Positions 29,463 to 39,576 of a DNA stretch of 64,000 nt are shown here, piece after piece. The DNA is from Vulcanimicrobiota bacterium. Lineage in GTDB: Bacteria; Vulcanimicrobiota; Vulcanimicrobiia; Eremiobacterales; Eremiobacteraceae. Position 1 is the stretch's first letter. Each line of letters opens with the position of its first letter. The stretch is from assembly GCA_963812135.1 (NCBI GenBank), contig CAWETU010000001.1, forward strand, positions 2,176,001 to 2,240,000, given 5' to 3'. Position numbers and translations under genes: made by a program. Under the pieces are notes generated by a model, which did not search any database, was not told the origin of the DNA, and saw only the letters and a program-made list of their open reading frames with translations.

Positions 29463-30341
29463 ATGAAAACTCGGCTCGAAGGCATACTCCTCGGTCTGCT
29501 CAGCGTCCTCGCGTTCAGCGTCACGCTGCCGGCGACGCGCGTCGCCGTCCCCGAGTTGGGCGCCGCCTTCATCGGCGTCGGACGCGGCGCTGTTGCGGGC
29601 CTCATCGCGCTGCTGGTCGTCTTGGTGCTGCGCGAACCGTTGCCGGAGCGGCGCCATTGGAAGGGCCTCGCAATCGTCGCGCTCGGCGTGACCGTGGTCT
29701 TTCCGTTGTTCTCGGCGTTCGCGCTGCGCTCGCTGCCGGCCGCGCACAGCGCCGTGGTCGTCGGCTTGTTGCCGGCTGCCACCGCCGTGATGGCCGTGCT
29801 GCTGGTCCACGAACGGCCGCCGCTCGCGTTCTGGCTTGCAAGCGGGGCGGGCGTTCTCGCCGTGTTGGTGTTCGCGGCGGTCGAGGGCGCCGGGCGGCCG
29901 CAGCCCGCGGATCTTCTTCTGCTGATCGCGACGCTTGGCGGCGCGGTCGGTTATGCGGAGGGAGCCCGGCTCGCGCGCGAGCTTGGCGGCTTCCGCGTGA
30001 TCCTGTGGGCGCTCGTGTTGTGTTGGCCGTTTCTGTCGCTGGCGCTCGCGTCGGTTCTCGTCACGTCCGGCGTGCCGCATGGTTCGCCCGCCGCCTGGCT
30101 GTGCTTCGCGTACGTGGCGGTGATCAGCCAATTCCTTGCGTTCTTGCCGTGGTACCGCAGCCTCGTGATGGCGGGGGTGGCGTACACGAGCCAGCTAGGG
30201 CTTATCCAGCCGGTCCTCACGCTTGGCTGGTCGGCGCTCATCCTCCACGAGCACGTCGGCGCGTTGACGGTCGCTGCAGCCCTCCTGGTGATCGCCTGTG
30301 CCGCGGCGACGCAATGGACCCGGCCGCCGCTCACGGAATAG
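29463..30341 (+). CDS. EamA/DMT family transporter
   Basis: About ten TMs; FSVTLPATR, HERPP, QLGLIQPVLT. Confidence 0.88.
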   Translation: MKTRLEGILLGLLSVLAFSVTLPATRVAVPELGAAFIGVGRGAVAGLIALLVVLVLREPLPERRHWKGLAIVALGVTVVFPLFSAFALRSLPAAHSAVVVGLLPAATAVMAVLLVHERPPLAFWLASGAGVLAVLVFAAVEGAGRPQPADLLLLIATLGGAVGYAEGARLARELGGFRVILWALVLCWPFLSLALASVLVTSGVPHGSPAAWLCFAYVAVISQFLAFLPWYRSLVMAGVAYTSQLGLIQPVLTLGWSALILHEHVGALTVAAALLVIACAAATQWTRPPLTE

Positions 30342-30357
30342 CAACCGGCACACTGCC

Positions 30358-32607
30358 ATGAAAAAGCGGCTCGCATTTTTGGCGCTCGGGCTTCTCGCGA
30401 TCGTCACGATCGTCCGGGTATCGCCGTATGCGGTTGCGATCCATACGCGCGACATCGTGCAGGACTCTCAGGCGGTTGAGTTCACCGACCGCAACGGCTT
30501 GCCGCTCGGCACGCTGCTCGCGCGCGATCAAGAGCGTACCGCCTCGGTGCCGCTCGATCGCGTATCACCGAATTTCGTCCACGCGATCGTCGCCGCCGAA
30601 GATGCGCACTTCTATCAGAACGGCCCGGTCGATTACCGTGCGCTCGGACGATCCGCATATGAAATAGCGCGCTCGCATCATATCGTGAGCGGTGGTTCGA
30701 CGATCACCATGCAGCTTGCTCGCATGATCAGCGGCGCGCCGAGCACGGTGTTCGGCAAAGTCGAGCAGATCTGGACCGCATGGCGCGTGTCGGCAGGCAT
30801 GAATCGCGACGAGATCCTTGAGGGTTATGTGAACCGGTTGCCGATGGGCGGCAACGTCTACGGCGTCGAGGCCGCCGCGCGGACGTATCTCGGCGTCCCG
30901 GCCGCTGCGTTGGATCTCGCGCAAGCGAGCGCGCTCGCTGCGATTCCGAACGATCCCGTCGGTCTCGATCCATACGCGCATTGGCCCGCGCTCAAGGCGC
31001 GACAGGCCTATGTGTTGGACCGGATGATCAAGGCGGGATACATCACGCGCGACCAGGCTGACCGCGCACTCTCCGAGCAAGTGCTCTTGCAGCCGCGCAG
31101 CCGCGGGATCATCGCAGCGCCGCATTTCATGTTCTGGTTGGGCTCGCAGCTGCCGGCGCACACATCGCGCGTGCGCACGACGATCGACCGGCCGCTGCAA
31201 CAATTCGTCGAAACGCAGGTGCGCCAGGTGATCGGAACGCTTGGGTCACGCAATGTCCATCACGCGGCGGTGGTCGTCGTCGACAATCATACGGGCGAGG
31301 TGCTGGCATACGTCGGGTCGCCGGATTATTTCTCAGCTCGCCAGGGCCGCAACGATGGCGCCCAAGCGCTGCGCCAACCCGGCTCGACGCTCAAGCCGTT
31401 CTTGTATGAGATGGCGTTGGAGACGCGGGCCATCCACCCAAATACCATTCTCGCCGACGTGCCCGCGCGCTATGCGATTCCCGGCGCGAAGCTCTATAGC
31501 CCGACGGATTACAGCGAGACATTTCAGGGGCCGGTGCGCGTGCGCATCGCGCTGGCGGATTCGCTCAACGTGCCGGCGGTACGAGTGCTCGAAAAAGTCG
31601 GCGTGGCGAATTTCCTCGACCGGCTGCACCAGCTCGGCTTCACCCATCTCACCCACAACGCCGATTACTATGGACTTGGTTTGACGTTAGGCGGCGGCGA
31701 AGTGAGCTTGTGGGAGCTGGCGCACGGCTTTACGACCATCGCGCGCCACGGTTCTGCCATCGATTTCAAGACGTGGTTCCCCGACGGTCGAGTAAACTCG
31801 ACCGCTACAAACGTCGGGTCCACTGCGGCGTGGGAGCTCGTCACTGACATGCTGAGCGACGAGCACGCGCGAGCGCTCGCGTTCGGCGTGACGTCAGCGC
31901 TCGACGTACCGTTCGACGCAGCGGTGAAGACCGGAACGTCGTCGGACTTTCGCGACACGTGGACGGTCGGTTTCACGAGCGACTACACCGTGGCCGTGTG
32001 GGTCGGCAACTTCAACGGCGATCCAATGCGGCGCGTCTCCGGCGTGGCCGGCGCGGCGCCGCTGTGGAACCGCATCATGCTGCATCTGCACGAGCAGCGC
32101 GACCCGGCCCCGTTCCCCGCTCCTGCAGGGATGGTGGCTCGTCAAATCTGCGCGCAGACCGGCTACAAGCCGACGCCGGATTGCGACTCGGTGGTCTCTG
32201 AGTATCTCTGGCCCGAGGATCTGGTCACGTACGAGCGTCCGCAACGCGCTGCCGGTTTACCGCGTGAATACGACGAGTGGCTGGCGCTGCAGCAGCGCGC
32301 GCCGACGGCGCCGAGCGGCTTCCGCATCGTCGCGCCGCGGGAAGGCGATTCGTTCTTGGTATCTCCCAAACGCATCGGCGTGCAGCGCCTTGAGTTGCAG
32401 GCGCTTGCTTTGCCAGGTCAACGAATCGACTGGCGCCTTGACGGACTACGCATCGCAAGCGGCCCCTCGGTTTTCTGGCCGATGCGTCCCGGCCATTTCA
32501 CGATCGAGGCGAGCAGCGCCGGGCGCACGGATCGCGTTAGCTTCGACGTCGAATCTGGGGTGATCGCGCGTCAACCGCGCCCAGGATTCTCGTTGATTTC
32601 TCGCTAG
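30358..32607 (+). CDS. pbpC: Penicillin-binding protein 1C
   Basis: Transglycosylase (AED..F, GGSTITMQLAR), transpeptidase (GSTLKP, SLN, KTGTS), C-terminal BiPBP-like domain. Confidence 0.92.
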   Translation: MKKRLAFLALGLLAIVTIVRVSPYAVAIHTRDIVQDSQAVEFTDRNGLPLGTLLARDQERTASVPLDRVSPNFVHAIVAAEDAHFYQNGPVDYRALGRSAYEIARSHHIVSGGSTITMQLARMISGAPSTVFGKVEQIWTAWRVSAGMNRDEILEGYVNRLPMGGNVYGVEAAARTYLGVPAAALDLAQASALAAIPNDPVGLDPYAHWPALKARQAYVLDRMIKAGYITRDQADRALSEQVLLQPRSRGIIAAPHFMFWLGSQLPAHTSRVRTTIDRPLQQFVETQVRQVIGTLGSRNVHHAAVVVVDNHTGEVLAYVGSPDYFSARQGRNDGAQALRQPGSTLKPFLYEMALETRAIHPNTILADVPARYAIPGAKLYSPTDYSETFQGPVRVRIALADSLNVPAVRVLEKVGVANFLDRLHQLGFTHLTHNADYYGLGLTLGGGEVSLWELAHGFTTIARHGSAIDFKTWFPDGRVNSTATNVGSTAAWELVTDMLSDEHARALAFGVTSALDVPFDAAVKTGTSSDFRDTWTVGFTSDYTVAVWVGNFNGDPMRRVSGVAGAAPLWNRIMLHLHEQRDPAPFPAPAGMVARQICAQTGYKPTPDCDSVVSEYLWPEDLVTYERPQRAAGLPREYDEWLALQQRAPTAPSGFRIVAPREGDSFLVSPKRIGVQRLELQALALPGQRIDWRLDGLRIASGPSVFWPMRPGHFTIEASSAGRTDRVSFDVESGVIARQPRPGFSLISR
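31785..31809. repeat. GTAG-type REP-like palindrome, copy 2 (in-frame in pbpC)
   Basis: CGGTCGAGTAAACTCGACCGCTACA; encodes GRVNSTAT. Confidence 0.85.
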
Positions 32608-32622
32608 TCAACCATACGCGAC

Positions 32623-33921
32623 CTAGCCGACCGGGTTCGCGCCGTGGCATTTCTTGAATTTCTTCAAACTGCCGCATGGGCAGAGCTCGTTGCGGCCGGC
32701 TTTCGCGAACGCCGCTTCTTGCTCGGCGGCGAGCAGCGTCATGACGCCCTCCGCCTCTTCCCCTCGTTTTATGAGATCGCCGATGAGCCGCATGGGTCCG
32801 TCGATGTGATGGAAGAACGCTTTGTAGCCCTCGCATAAGTAGTTCAGCCCGGGCTCGCCGCTGGGCGTGTTGATGAAACGGTTTTTCGGACATTCGCCGT
32901 TGCAGGCGAAACGCACATCGCATTCGCGGCAGTACTGCGGCAGCGATTCGAGCTTCGCGCTTCCGAACGCGCGCTGGAAATCCGAATCGAGCATCTCTCG
33001 CATCGGGCGCACCCCGATATTGCCGAGCAAGTACTTGGGTTCGACGAAATGATCGCAGGAATAGAGATCGCCGTTGTGTTCGAGCGCGAGCCCGGTGCCG
33101 CACGTCGCATCGAAAACGCACATGCCGGACGGCATCCCCAGCCAGCTTCTCGCCGCGCCCTCGAAGGTCTGCACGAAAACACGTCCGACGTCGTTGCGCA
33201 CCCACTCGTCGAAGATCGCGATAAGAAAGTCGCCCAGCTGTTTCGGCGTCACGGATCGTTCTGAGACTTTCGAACCCTCCTGATAGAGCGTCCGCCCATC
33301 ATCGTTCACGCGCTCGATGACCGGGATGAACTGGATCCAGGTCGTGCCGACTTCGTCGCGCAAGAAGCGATAGACGTCAAGCGGGTGATCGGCGTTCGTC
33401 CGGTTGACGGTGGTGAGGATGTTGTACTCGACGCCGTTCTTTTGGAGCAGACGTAGGCCGCGCATGACGTTGTCGAACGTGCCGCGACCGCCCTTATCGA
33501 CCCGATTGGCATCGTGGAGTTCGCGCGGCCCGTCGATGCTCAGCCCAACGAGATAGTCGTTCGCCTTGAAGAACTCGCACCACTCATCGTTCAGCAATGT
33601 GCCGTTCGTCTGGAGGGTGTTTTCGAACACCATGCCCGGCCTCTTGTGCTTGTTCTGAAATTCGATCGCGCGGCGGTAAAAGTCAACTCCCATGATCGTC
33701 GGCTCGCCGCCTTGCCAGGCGACCGTGACGTGATCGCTGCGGTGCCCGTCGATCAGCTGCTTGATGTAGGTCTCCAGCATGGCGTCGTCCATGCGGAAAC
33801 GGCTGCCGGGATACAGCTGCTCCTTATCGAGGAAAAAGCAATAGGAGCAATCGAGATTGCATATGGCGCCTGCCGGTTTCGCCATCACGTGAAATCGGGG
33901 TGGGGTCCGTTCTTGTATCAC
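32623..33921 (-). CDS. Anaerobic sulfatase maturase (radical SAM/SPASM) with C-terminal SEC-C motif
   Basis: AKPAGAICNLDCSYC, WQGGEPT, QTNGTLL, YSCDHFV, C..C...FACNGECPK, CPCGSLKKFKKCHG. Confidence 0.92.
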   Translation of the reverse strand: MIQERTPPRFHVMAKPAGAICNLDCSYCFFLDKEQLYPGSRFRMDDAMLETYIKQLIDGHRSDHVTVAWQGGEPTIMGVDFYRRAIEFQNKHKRPGMVFENTLQTNGTLLNDEWCEFFKANDYLVGLSIDGPRELHDANRVDKGGRGTFDNVMRGLRLLQKNGVEYNILTTVNRTNADHPLDVYRFLRDEVGTTWIQFIPVIERVNDDGRTLYQEGSKVSERSVTPKQLGDFLIAIFDEWVRNDVGRVFVQTFEGAARSWLGMPSGMCVFDATCGTGLALEHNGDLYSCDHFVEPKYLLGNIGVRPMREMLDSDFQRAFGSAKLESLPQYCRECDVRFACNGECPKNRFINTPSGEPGLNYLCEGYKAFFHHIDGPMRLIGDLIKRGEEAEGVMTLLAAEQEAAFAKAGRNELCPCGSLKKFKKCHGANPVG

Positions 33922-34036
33922 GCTCTTAGGGTAGTATCCACCCCCCTCGAGGCGTAAGAAGTCCTTGAGAAAAAGTGGTGAGGGGAGTCTCGGAGATGGC
34001 ACAAGGCAGCCGCTCGCAAAGGTAGAATCGCGCGCG

Positions 34037-34795
34037 ATGCAACTGTGGACCGCCACGCTGCCCGCATTCTTAGCCTCATTCGTCGAGTTCGTCGAAGCGC
34101 TGACGGTCGTGCTCGCCGTCGGCGTGACGCGCGGCTGGCGCTCGGCGATACTCGGGTCGGTCGCAGCGGTGGCGCTTCTCGGATTGCTCGTACTGCTCTT
34201 CGGCCCGCTGCTGGCCCGCTTCCCGATCGCGTGGCTGCAGATCGCCGTCGGGTGGTTGCTCATCTTGTTCGGGATGCGTTGGCTGCGCAAAGCCATACTG
34301 CGTGCCGGTGGCGCGATCAGTTTACACGACGAGACCAGCGCATTCGACCAACAAAGGCGAGAGTTGGAGAAATCGGACGCCGGGGGGTTGCGTGGTCTGG
34401 ACCCGGTCGGATTCCTCGCGTCGTTCAAAGCGGTGACGCTCGAGGGGCTCGAGGTGGTGTTCATCGTGATCGCAGTCGGCGCCACCGCGAACGCGCTCAT
34501 TCCGGCGAGCGCGGGTGCCGCGGCGGCCGGCGTGGTCGTGATCGGAGCGGGCGCGGCACTGCAGCGACCGCTCTCGCGTGTACCCGAGAACAGCCTCAAG
34601 TTCGCGGTCGGCGTCTTGCTGTCGGCGTTCGGCACGTTCTGGTTCGGCGAGGGGCTCGGCATGAAATGGGTGGGCGAGGACCTCGCCATTCTCGGGCTTA
34701 TCCTCGGCTATCTTCTGACTGCGTTGATCGCGATTGCGCTGTGCCGGCGAATGATCAGAGCAGACGGTCGAATAAACTCGACCGCTACAACCTGA
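34037..34795 (+). CDS. COG4280-like membrane protein (GDT1/FTR1-like putative cation transporter)
   Basis: Two acidic motifs EFVEALT and EGLEVVF; RVPENSLKF.VG..L..FGTFW. Confidence 0.75.
   Translation: MQLWTATLPAFLASFVEFVEALTVVLAVGVTRGWRSAILGSVAAVALLGLLVLLFGPLLARFPIAWLQIAVGWLLILFGMRWLRKAILRAGGAISLHDETSAFDQQRRELEKSDAGGLRGLDPVGFLASFKAVTLEGLEVVFIVIAVGATANALIPASAGAAAAGVVVIGAGAALQRPLSRVPENSLKFAVGVLLSAFGTFWFGEGLGMKWVGEDLAILGLILGYLLTALIAIALCRRMIRADGRINSTATT
34765..34789. repeat. GTAG-type REP-like palindrome, copy 3 (in-frame at C-terminus of COG4280-like gene)
   Basis: CGGTCGAATAAACTCGACCGCTACA; encodes GRINSTAT just before T-stop. Confidence 0.85.
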
Positions 34796-34808
34796 TGAGC
34801 GCTGCAAC

Positions 34809-35015
34809 GTGATGTGGATCTGGAACGGGTTGAAAGAAGTCTACGGACTGTTCGTCGACGACGGTCTGTTGTCGCTGGCGATCTGCCTTTGGCTGCTCGT
34901 CGTGTGGTTCGCACTTCCACACGTGCTCCCGGATCCGAGCGTACGGCCGATCGTCATGTTCGCCGGCCTTGCGGTCTTGTTGCTCGATAGCGTGCGCCGA
35001 GGTGCTCGTGCCTAA
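34809..35015 (+). CDS. Small two-TM membrane protein
   Basis: GLFVDDG then two hydrophobic helices; directly follows the COG4280-like gene. Confidence 0.7.
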   Translation: MMWIWNGLKEVYGLFVDDGLLSLAICLWLLVVWFALPHVLPDPSVRPIVMFAGLAVLLLDSVRRGARA

Positions 35016-35631
35016 GGCCAAGCGCGCGACGGCGACCCCCAAGCGTTGTCCGTGGGCTGCGCGCGAGCCCGAGACACAGTATCACGATGAGGAATGGGGC
35101 ATTCCCGTCCACGACGACCGGGTGATGTTCGAATTCATCACGCTCGAAGGCGCGCAAGCGGGGCTGAGCTGGGAGACGATCCTGCGCAAGCGCGCGAACT
35201 ATCGTGAGGCCTTTGACGGATTCGACCCCGCGCGCGTGGCGCGCTTTAACGCCGCGCGCGTCAAGAAGCTGATGAACGATCCGGGAATCGTGCGCAACCG
35301 ATTGAAGATCGCCTCAACGATCGCGAACGCCAAGGCGTTTCTGGCGATCCAACGCGAGTTCGGCAGCTTCGATAAGTATGTATGGAAGTTCGTCGATGGA
35401 GCGCCGATCGACGGCAGACGGCGCCGGATGTCCGACCTTCCGGCGGCGACGAAGCAAGCGGACGCGCTGAGCAAAGACCTGCGTACGCGCGGTTTCCGCT
35501 TCGTGGGCCCGACCATAACGTATTCGTTCATGCAAGCGGTCGGCCTAGTGAACGACCACTTGCTCGACTGTCCTTGGCACGACACAGGTAGGTCGAAACG
35601 CGCGCGCGAAAGGCGCGCGACATCCCGATAA
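35008..35631 (+). CDS. tag: DNA-3-methyladenine glycosylase I
   Basis: RCPW, YHDEEWG, LEGAQAGLSW, IVRNRLKI, FRFVGPT, NDHLLDC. Confidence 0.95.
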   Translation: MPKAKRATATPKRCPWAAREPETQYHDEEWGIPVHDDRVMFEFITLEGAQAGLSWETILRKRANYREAFDGFDPARVARFNAARVKKLMNDPGIVRNRLKIASTIANAKAFLAIQREFGSFDKYVWKFVDGAPIDGRRRRMSDLPAATKQADALSKDLRTRGFRFVGPTITYSFMQAVGLVNDHLLDCPWHDTGRSKRARERRATSR

Positions 35632-35674
35632 TCTAGCACGCTCGCGATTTTCTTTTCGAGAACGGAGTGGGCAC

Positions 35675-37080
35675 ATGCAACGCAAACGGTTTCTTGCAGT
35701 CGCTGGTGGTTCCGCATTGGTCGCGGCTGGCCGCTGACCAGCTCCTCGGGCTGCGCGCGGCGCTCGCGGGGCCTCCATTCACGCGGCAAGATGTCGGCGG
35801 CCTGACGTCCGCCAGCAAGCATATCAAATCGTACGCCAAAGCGGTCGCCGCTATGAAAAAGCTGCCCGACACCGACCCCACCAGCTGGAAATATCAGGCG
35901 GCTATTCACTGGACGACACTGAGCCCGCTCAAAACGTCGTGGGATTCGTGCCAGCACGGCAACGCATTCTTCTGGTCCTGGCACCGCATGTATCTCTATT
36001 GGTTCGAGCGCATCGTGCGCAAGAAATCCGGCGACCCGTCGTTCGCGCTACCGTTCTGGGCTTGGGACTCACCGAGCGAGAGTCACCTGCCGCCGATGTT
36101 CCGCGATAAGAAGAGCACGCTGTATCGGGCATGGCGAGATCCTAACATGAACAACGGCACGGGATCATTGCCGGCATGGGCCGTCGACTATTCGGGCGCG
36201 TTCGCGACCTCGGTGTTCAGCACGCCGGCCCAGACCGGCGCGAGCGACCTGTTCCAAGTGACGCCGCACGGCAGCGTGCACGTGCTTGTCAACGGCGGAA
36301 TGCACGACGTGCAGACCGCCGCTCCCGATCCTATCTTCTACCTGCATCATGCGAACGTCGACCGGTTGTGGGAGCTGTGGCGCGCGAGCTACGGCGGCAA
36401 AGACCCCATTTGGGACTCCTCGTGGACTAGGCAAGACGTGGACGTTCTTCAATGAGAACGGCAAAGCGGTCACTATGTCTGCGTGCCAGATCCTCAACGC
36501 CGCTTCGCAACTGAACTACGTCTACGAGGCTGGACCGTCGCCGCCGTTGGAGACGTGCCCGTCGCGATTCATCTGCTGCATACCGATCTATGAGTACATC
36601 GAGTTCGTGGGTCCGCCCATTCCGCCGATCGGAGCGCAGCCCGTCCACATCCCGCTGCCGCTCACGACAGAGCAACGTCAGACCTTGACGAACAGAGCGC
36701 CTAGCTCCACGGAGAACATCTATCTGCAGCTCCAGAACGTGCAGGCGTCCTCTGCGCCCAACGTCGTGTGGCAGGTCTACGTGGGACCGGCGACTACGCC
36801 CGCGGCCGCGATGACGCCCAACGCGCCTGCTGGGAAAAACCCGCACTATGTGGGCAACGTCGTGCTGTTCGGACTCGGCGTGAAGGGTGGGATGCCGACC
36901 ATGCCCGCCACTCTGTCGTTCAAGATCAACCGCGCGCTGCTGGCATCGCAGGGCCCGCTTACCATCACGTTCGTGCCCGCGGGCATTCTCATCAACGGCC
37001 AGCCGTCACACCCGCAGGTGCGCGAGACCGTTCAGATCGGCAAGCTCCGCGTCGTGGTGGAGACGATCAAACAAGGATAA
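35675..37080 (+). CDS. Tyrosinase / polyphenol oxidase with Tat-like signal (two +1 frameshifts near 35723 and 36427)
   Basis: MQRKRFL signal; CuA H...CQHG...WHR; CuB PHGSVH...DPIFYLHHANVDRLW; post-shift W-LGKTWTFFNENG...LNYVY and beta-rich C-terminal domain. Confidence 0.85.
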
Positions 37081-37114
37081 GCTCAGCGACGGGGTCGCGG
37101 TTCATCCCGTTCCG

Positions 37115-37663
37115 TTAATCGGATTTTGTCGAGTCGTCCGTGAACTCCGTGACGATGTACGTCACGATGTCCCACGCGTTGTGGATACCGATGAAGATCA
37201 ACAGCGTCGCGCCGATGGCGAGCGCGAACATCGCGTCGACTGGAACACTGCGAAGCATGATGCCGGCTGCGAGAATGGCGCCATACGCGACAAACGGGAG
37301 AAGCGTGTACCAAGCCCAGTCCTCGAAGTCCGGAGTGTATGAAGTCAGCCGCTTTGTCAGATGCATCAGTCGCGCGAGGTACACGATGCCCACCAGGCCG
37401 ATAACTCCTAGCGTAATGGCGAGGAGAACGGTCGAGCGCCACGGCGCGCTAAGCAGCGCAGCGACGAGCAGTGCGGTGCCGAAGTGCACCACCGTCGGCG
37501 TGCTGAACGTCCCGATCCCGTCCGGGTTGCGCCTCAGGCGGTCTATCCCCGTGACGAGTGTGATCACGACGAACATCAATCCGGTCAGCGATGCGGCCGC
37601 CGACCCGATCAAGATGTAGAAACTCGACCACGGAGTGAGGATGGACGAAAGAGTTTCAGCCAT
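37115..37663 (-). CDS. Integral membrane protein of unknown function
   Basis: About five TMs; GSAAASLTGLMFV, TPTVVHF, IHNAWD. Confidence 0.8.
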   Translation of the reverse strand: MAETLSSILTPWSSFYILIGSAAASLTGLMFVVITLVTGIDRLRRNPDGIGTFSTPTVVHFGTALLVAALLSAPWRSTVLLAITLGVIGLVGIVYLARLMHLTKRLTSYTPDFEDWAWYTLLPFVAYGAILAAGIMLRSVPVDAMFALAIGATLLIFIGIHNAWDIVTYIVTEFTDDSTKSD

Positions 37664-37666
37664 CGA

Positions 37667-38986
37667 TCAAACCTCGACACCGAGCGCGACGGCGGTTTCC
37701 GAGGCTGCGCGCATACCGGTTTGGAGCGCCCCGTTCACCGTGCCGCCTTGGCCGTCGGTCGACGTCGCCTCGCCCGCGAAGAACAATGTGCTATCGACTG
37801 GCGTGGCGAGCGTTGCGCGCGCATCCGTTCCGCCGACCACGATGTAGCTGTACGCGCCGCGCGAAAACGGGTCGGCGCCCCAATCGTGCGTAGCGCCGCC
37901 TTCGAATTCCTGGCGCGCGAGCTCGTTCTCGCCGAACAGCGCGCCGAAGCCGTCGAGCGCTTGCCTGATGAGTTCGGCATGCGACGAGCCGCTCAACGCG
38001 GTCGCCTTTGGACCGCCGGCCCACGCCACGATCAACTCGCTGTGCACGGGAAGTTGCGTCCAGTACCCCGCGAACGGCTGGTCCGGACTGCGGAAGAACG
38101 CGGCTTCGCTGTAACGTCCGTTCCTGACCCGCTCCCAAAACGCTGTCCGAAACCAGAGCAGCACGCGGGCGACGTGACCCATCTCGATGCTGCGCAGCGC
38201 GTCGCGTTTGGCGGCCGGGAGATCCGGGGCGAACACGAGCTCGGCTTCATCCCCGATATGGCGCAAAACACCGACAGGAACCGTCACGACAGCAGCTCGC
38301 GCATTGATGGTCTGCGTTTCCTCTAAAGATGTTTTCGCATCGACGGCGACGGCGCCGCGACGCCACGAGATCCGCCGCACGACCGTCGAAAGATGGCTCT
38401 GAACTCCGGCGACGGCGCAGGCGTTGTGCAGGTGCTCGAACATCGGCGCGTAACCGCCGAGCGGCCGCGCGCTCGCGAAATCGACGCCGCTTCGCAACTC
38501 GTCCGCGATCGCTTTCGCGCTTGCGATCGCGGGATCGGCGGCTTCGAATCCTTCGACGAAGGAGCGCGCCATGCGCAGCGCTTCCGCCTTTGTCGGGTCG
38601 TGCTCGAAGCGCCGCAGAAATCGATCAACGCTTTCGTCATCGGCGAGCGCGTGAGCTCCCTCGAGGATGCGAGCCGCAGACCGGAGGTCGTTTTCGTCGC
38701 GCCGCAGGTGCCCGTCCTCGCCGAGCGTCCACGACCCGCTGACGGTGTCGACCGCCGCAGTCCCAGACTCCCTAAGCAGCGCTCTCGTCTGCTCGGCGGG
38801 GCCATGGATGAACTCCGCGCCGAGCTCGGGCGAGGCCGCGCCCGGCCCTGATGGATCCCATCGCACGCGGCCGCCGATGCGATCGCGGGCTTCGAGCAGG
38901 ATCACTTTGAGCGACCCCTGCGCGAGGCTGCGCGCGGCGGCCAGGCCAGCCGCGCCGGCGCCGATCACAATGACGTCAGCGTCCAT
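37667..38986 (-). CDS. Flavin monoamine oxidase family protein
   Basis: IGAGAAGL, EARDRIGGR, ELGAEFIHG, W..DPFSRGAYSY, FAGEAT, GTVNGA. Confidence 0.92.
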   Translation of the reverse strand: MDADVIVIGAGAAGLAAARSLAQGSLKVILLEARDRIGGRVRWDPSGPGAASPELGAEFIHGPAEQTRALLRESGTAAVDTVSGSWTLGEDGHLRRDENDLRSAARILEGAHALADDESVDRFLRRFEHDPTKAEALRMARSFVEGFEAADPAIASAKAIADELRSGVDFASARPLGGYAPMFEHLHNACAVAGVQSHLSTVVRRISWRRGAVAVDAKTSLEETQTINARAAVVTVPVGVLRHIGDEAELVFAPDLPAAKRDALRSIEMGHVARVLLWFRTAFWERVRNGRYSEAAFFRSPDQPFAGYWTQLPVHSELIVAWAGGPKATALSGSSHAELIRQALDGFGALFGENELARQEFEGGATHDWGADPFSRGAYSYIVVGGTDARATLATPVDSTLFFAGEATSTDGQGGTVNGALQTGMRAASETAVALGVEV

Positions 38987-39082
38987 TTCCACGCCGAAAA
39001 CCTTGGGTGCGCAGGTGCTCGAATCCCGTGCGACGCGCAGGTGCTCTGAGGGAAAGCGCCTCCTTTGGCCCAACACGGCTCC

Positions 39083-39527
39083 ATGATCGCGCTTGTCATC
39101 GCGATGGTCATCGCGTCACCCGAGCCTCTCTTGCCGGCTCCATGGGAATCGCAGCCGGGCCGTGTTGTCGGACAGTACGCAAGGTATATCAGGCACGAGC
39201 CGGACGGTAGCGATAGCGAGCTTTCAGGCCTCGCGCGCCGCATGCAACATATGCGATCCCGCGGCCGGGGTGCAGCTATTCGCGAATGCCGCCACATCGT
39301 ATCCAACCGGAACGGCGAAGCACGACGTGGTGTCGCTGTGCGGGCACAGCGCCCATCACGTGCTTGCGCTCGGAATCACCGCCTACGATCCGCGCAAATT
39401 TAACTTCGAAGTGTTCATGTTCCGCGATGGGGCAACGATATACACGCTCTTCTACACGTTTCATGCAAGTGCGCCCGATCCTGACGCGGAAGGCGCCCTG
39501 ACCGCGCTCTGCCCGCCGGCGCCGTGA
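39083..39527 (+). CDS. Secreted hypothetical protein (+1 frameshift near 39223)
   Basis: MIALVIAMVIAS signal in one frame; LCGHSAHH...ALTALCP in the next; resembles 56649..57317. Confidence 0.55.
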
Positions 39528-39551
39528 TCTAGCGCACCGATCCAGCGTAGA

Positions 39552-39569
39552 GGAGGCGTCCACGCCTCC
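39552..39569. other. GC-rich hairpin
   Basis: GGAGGCGT-CC-ACGCCTCC perfect inverted repeat between upstream stop and DtxR-family gene. Confidence 0.5.
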
Positions 39570-39576
39570 GCGAAGC

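Noticed and set aside
27116..29782. 888-aa TonB receptor start
   Set aside because: The first ~120 aa overlap the divergent EamA gene; the signal peptide begins near 29416
32623..34689. 688-aa radical SAM with long N-terminal extension
   Set aside because: Extension is antisense to the COG4280-like gene; likely start is 33921
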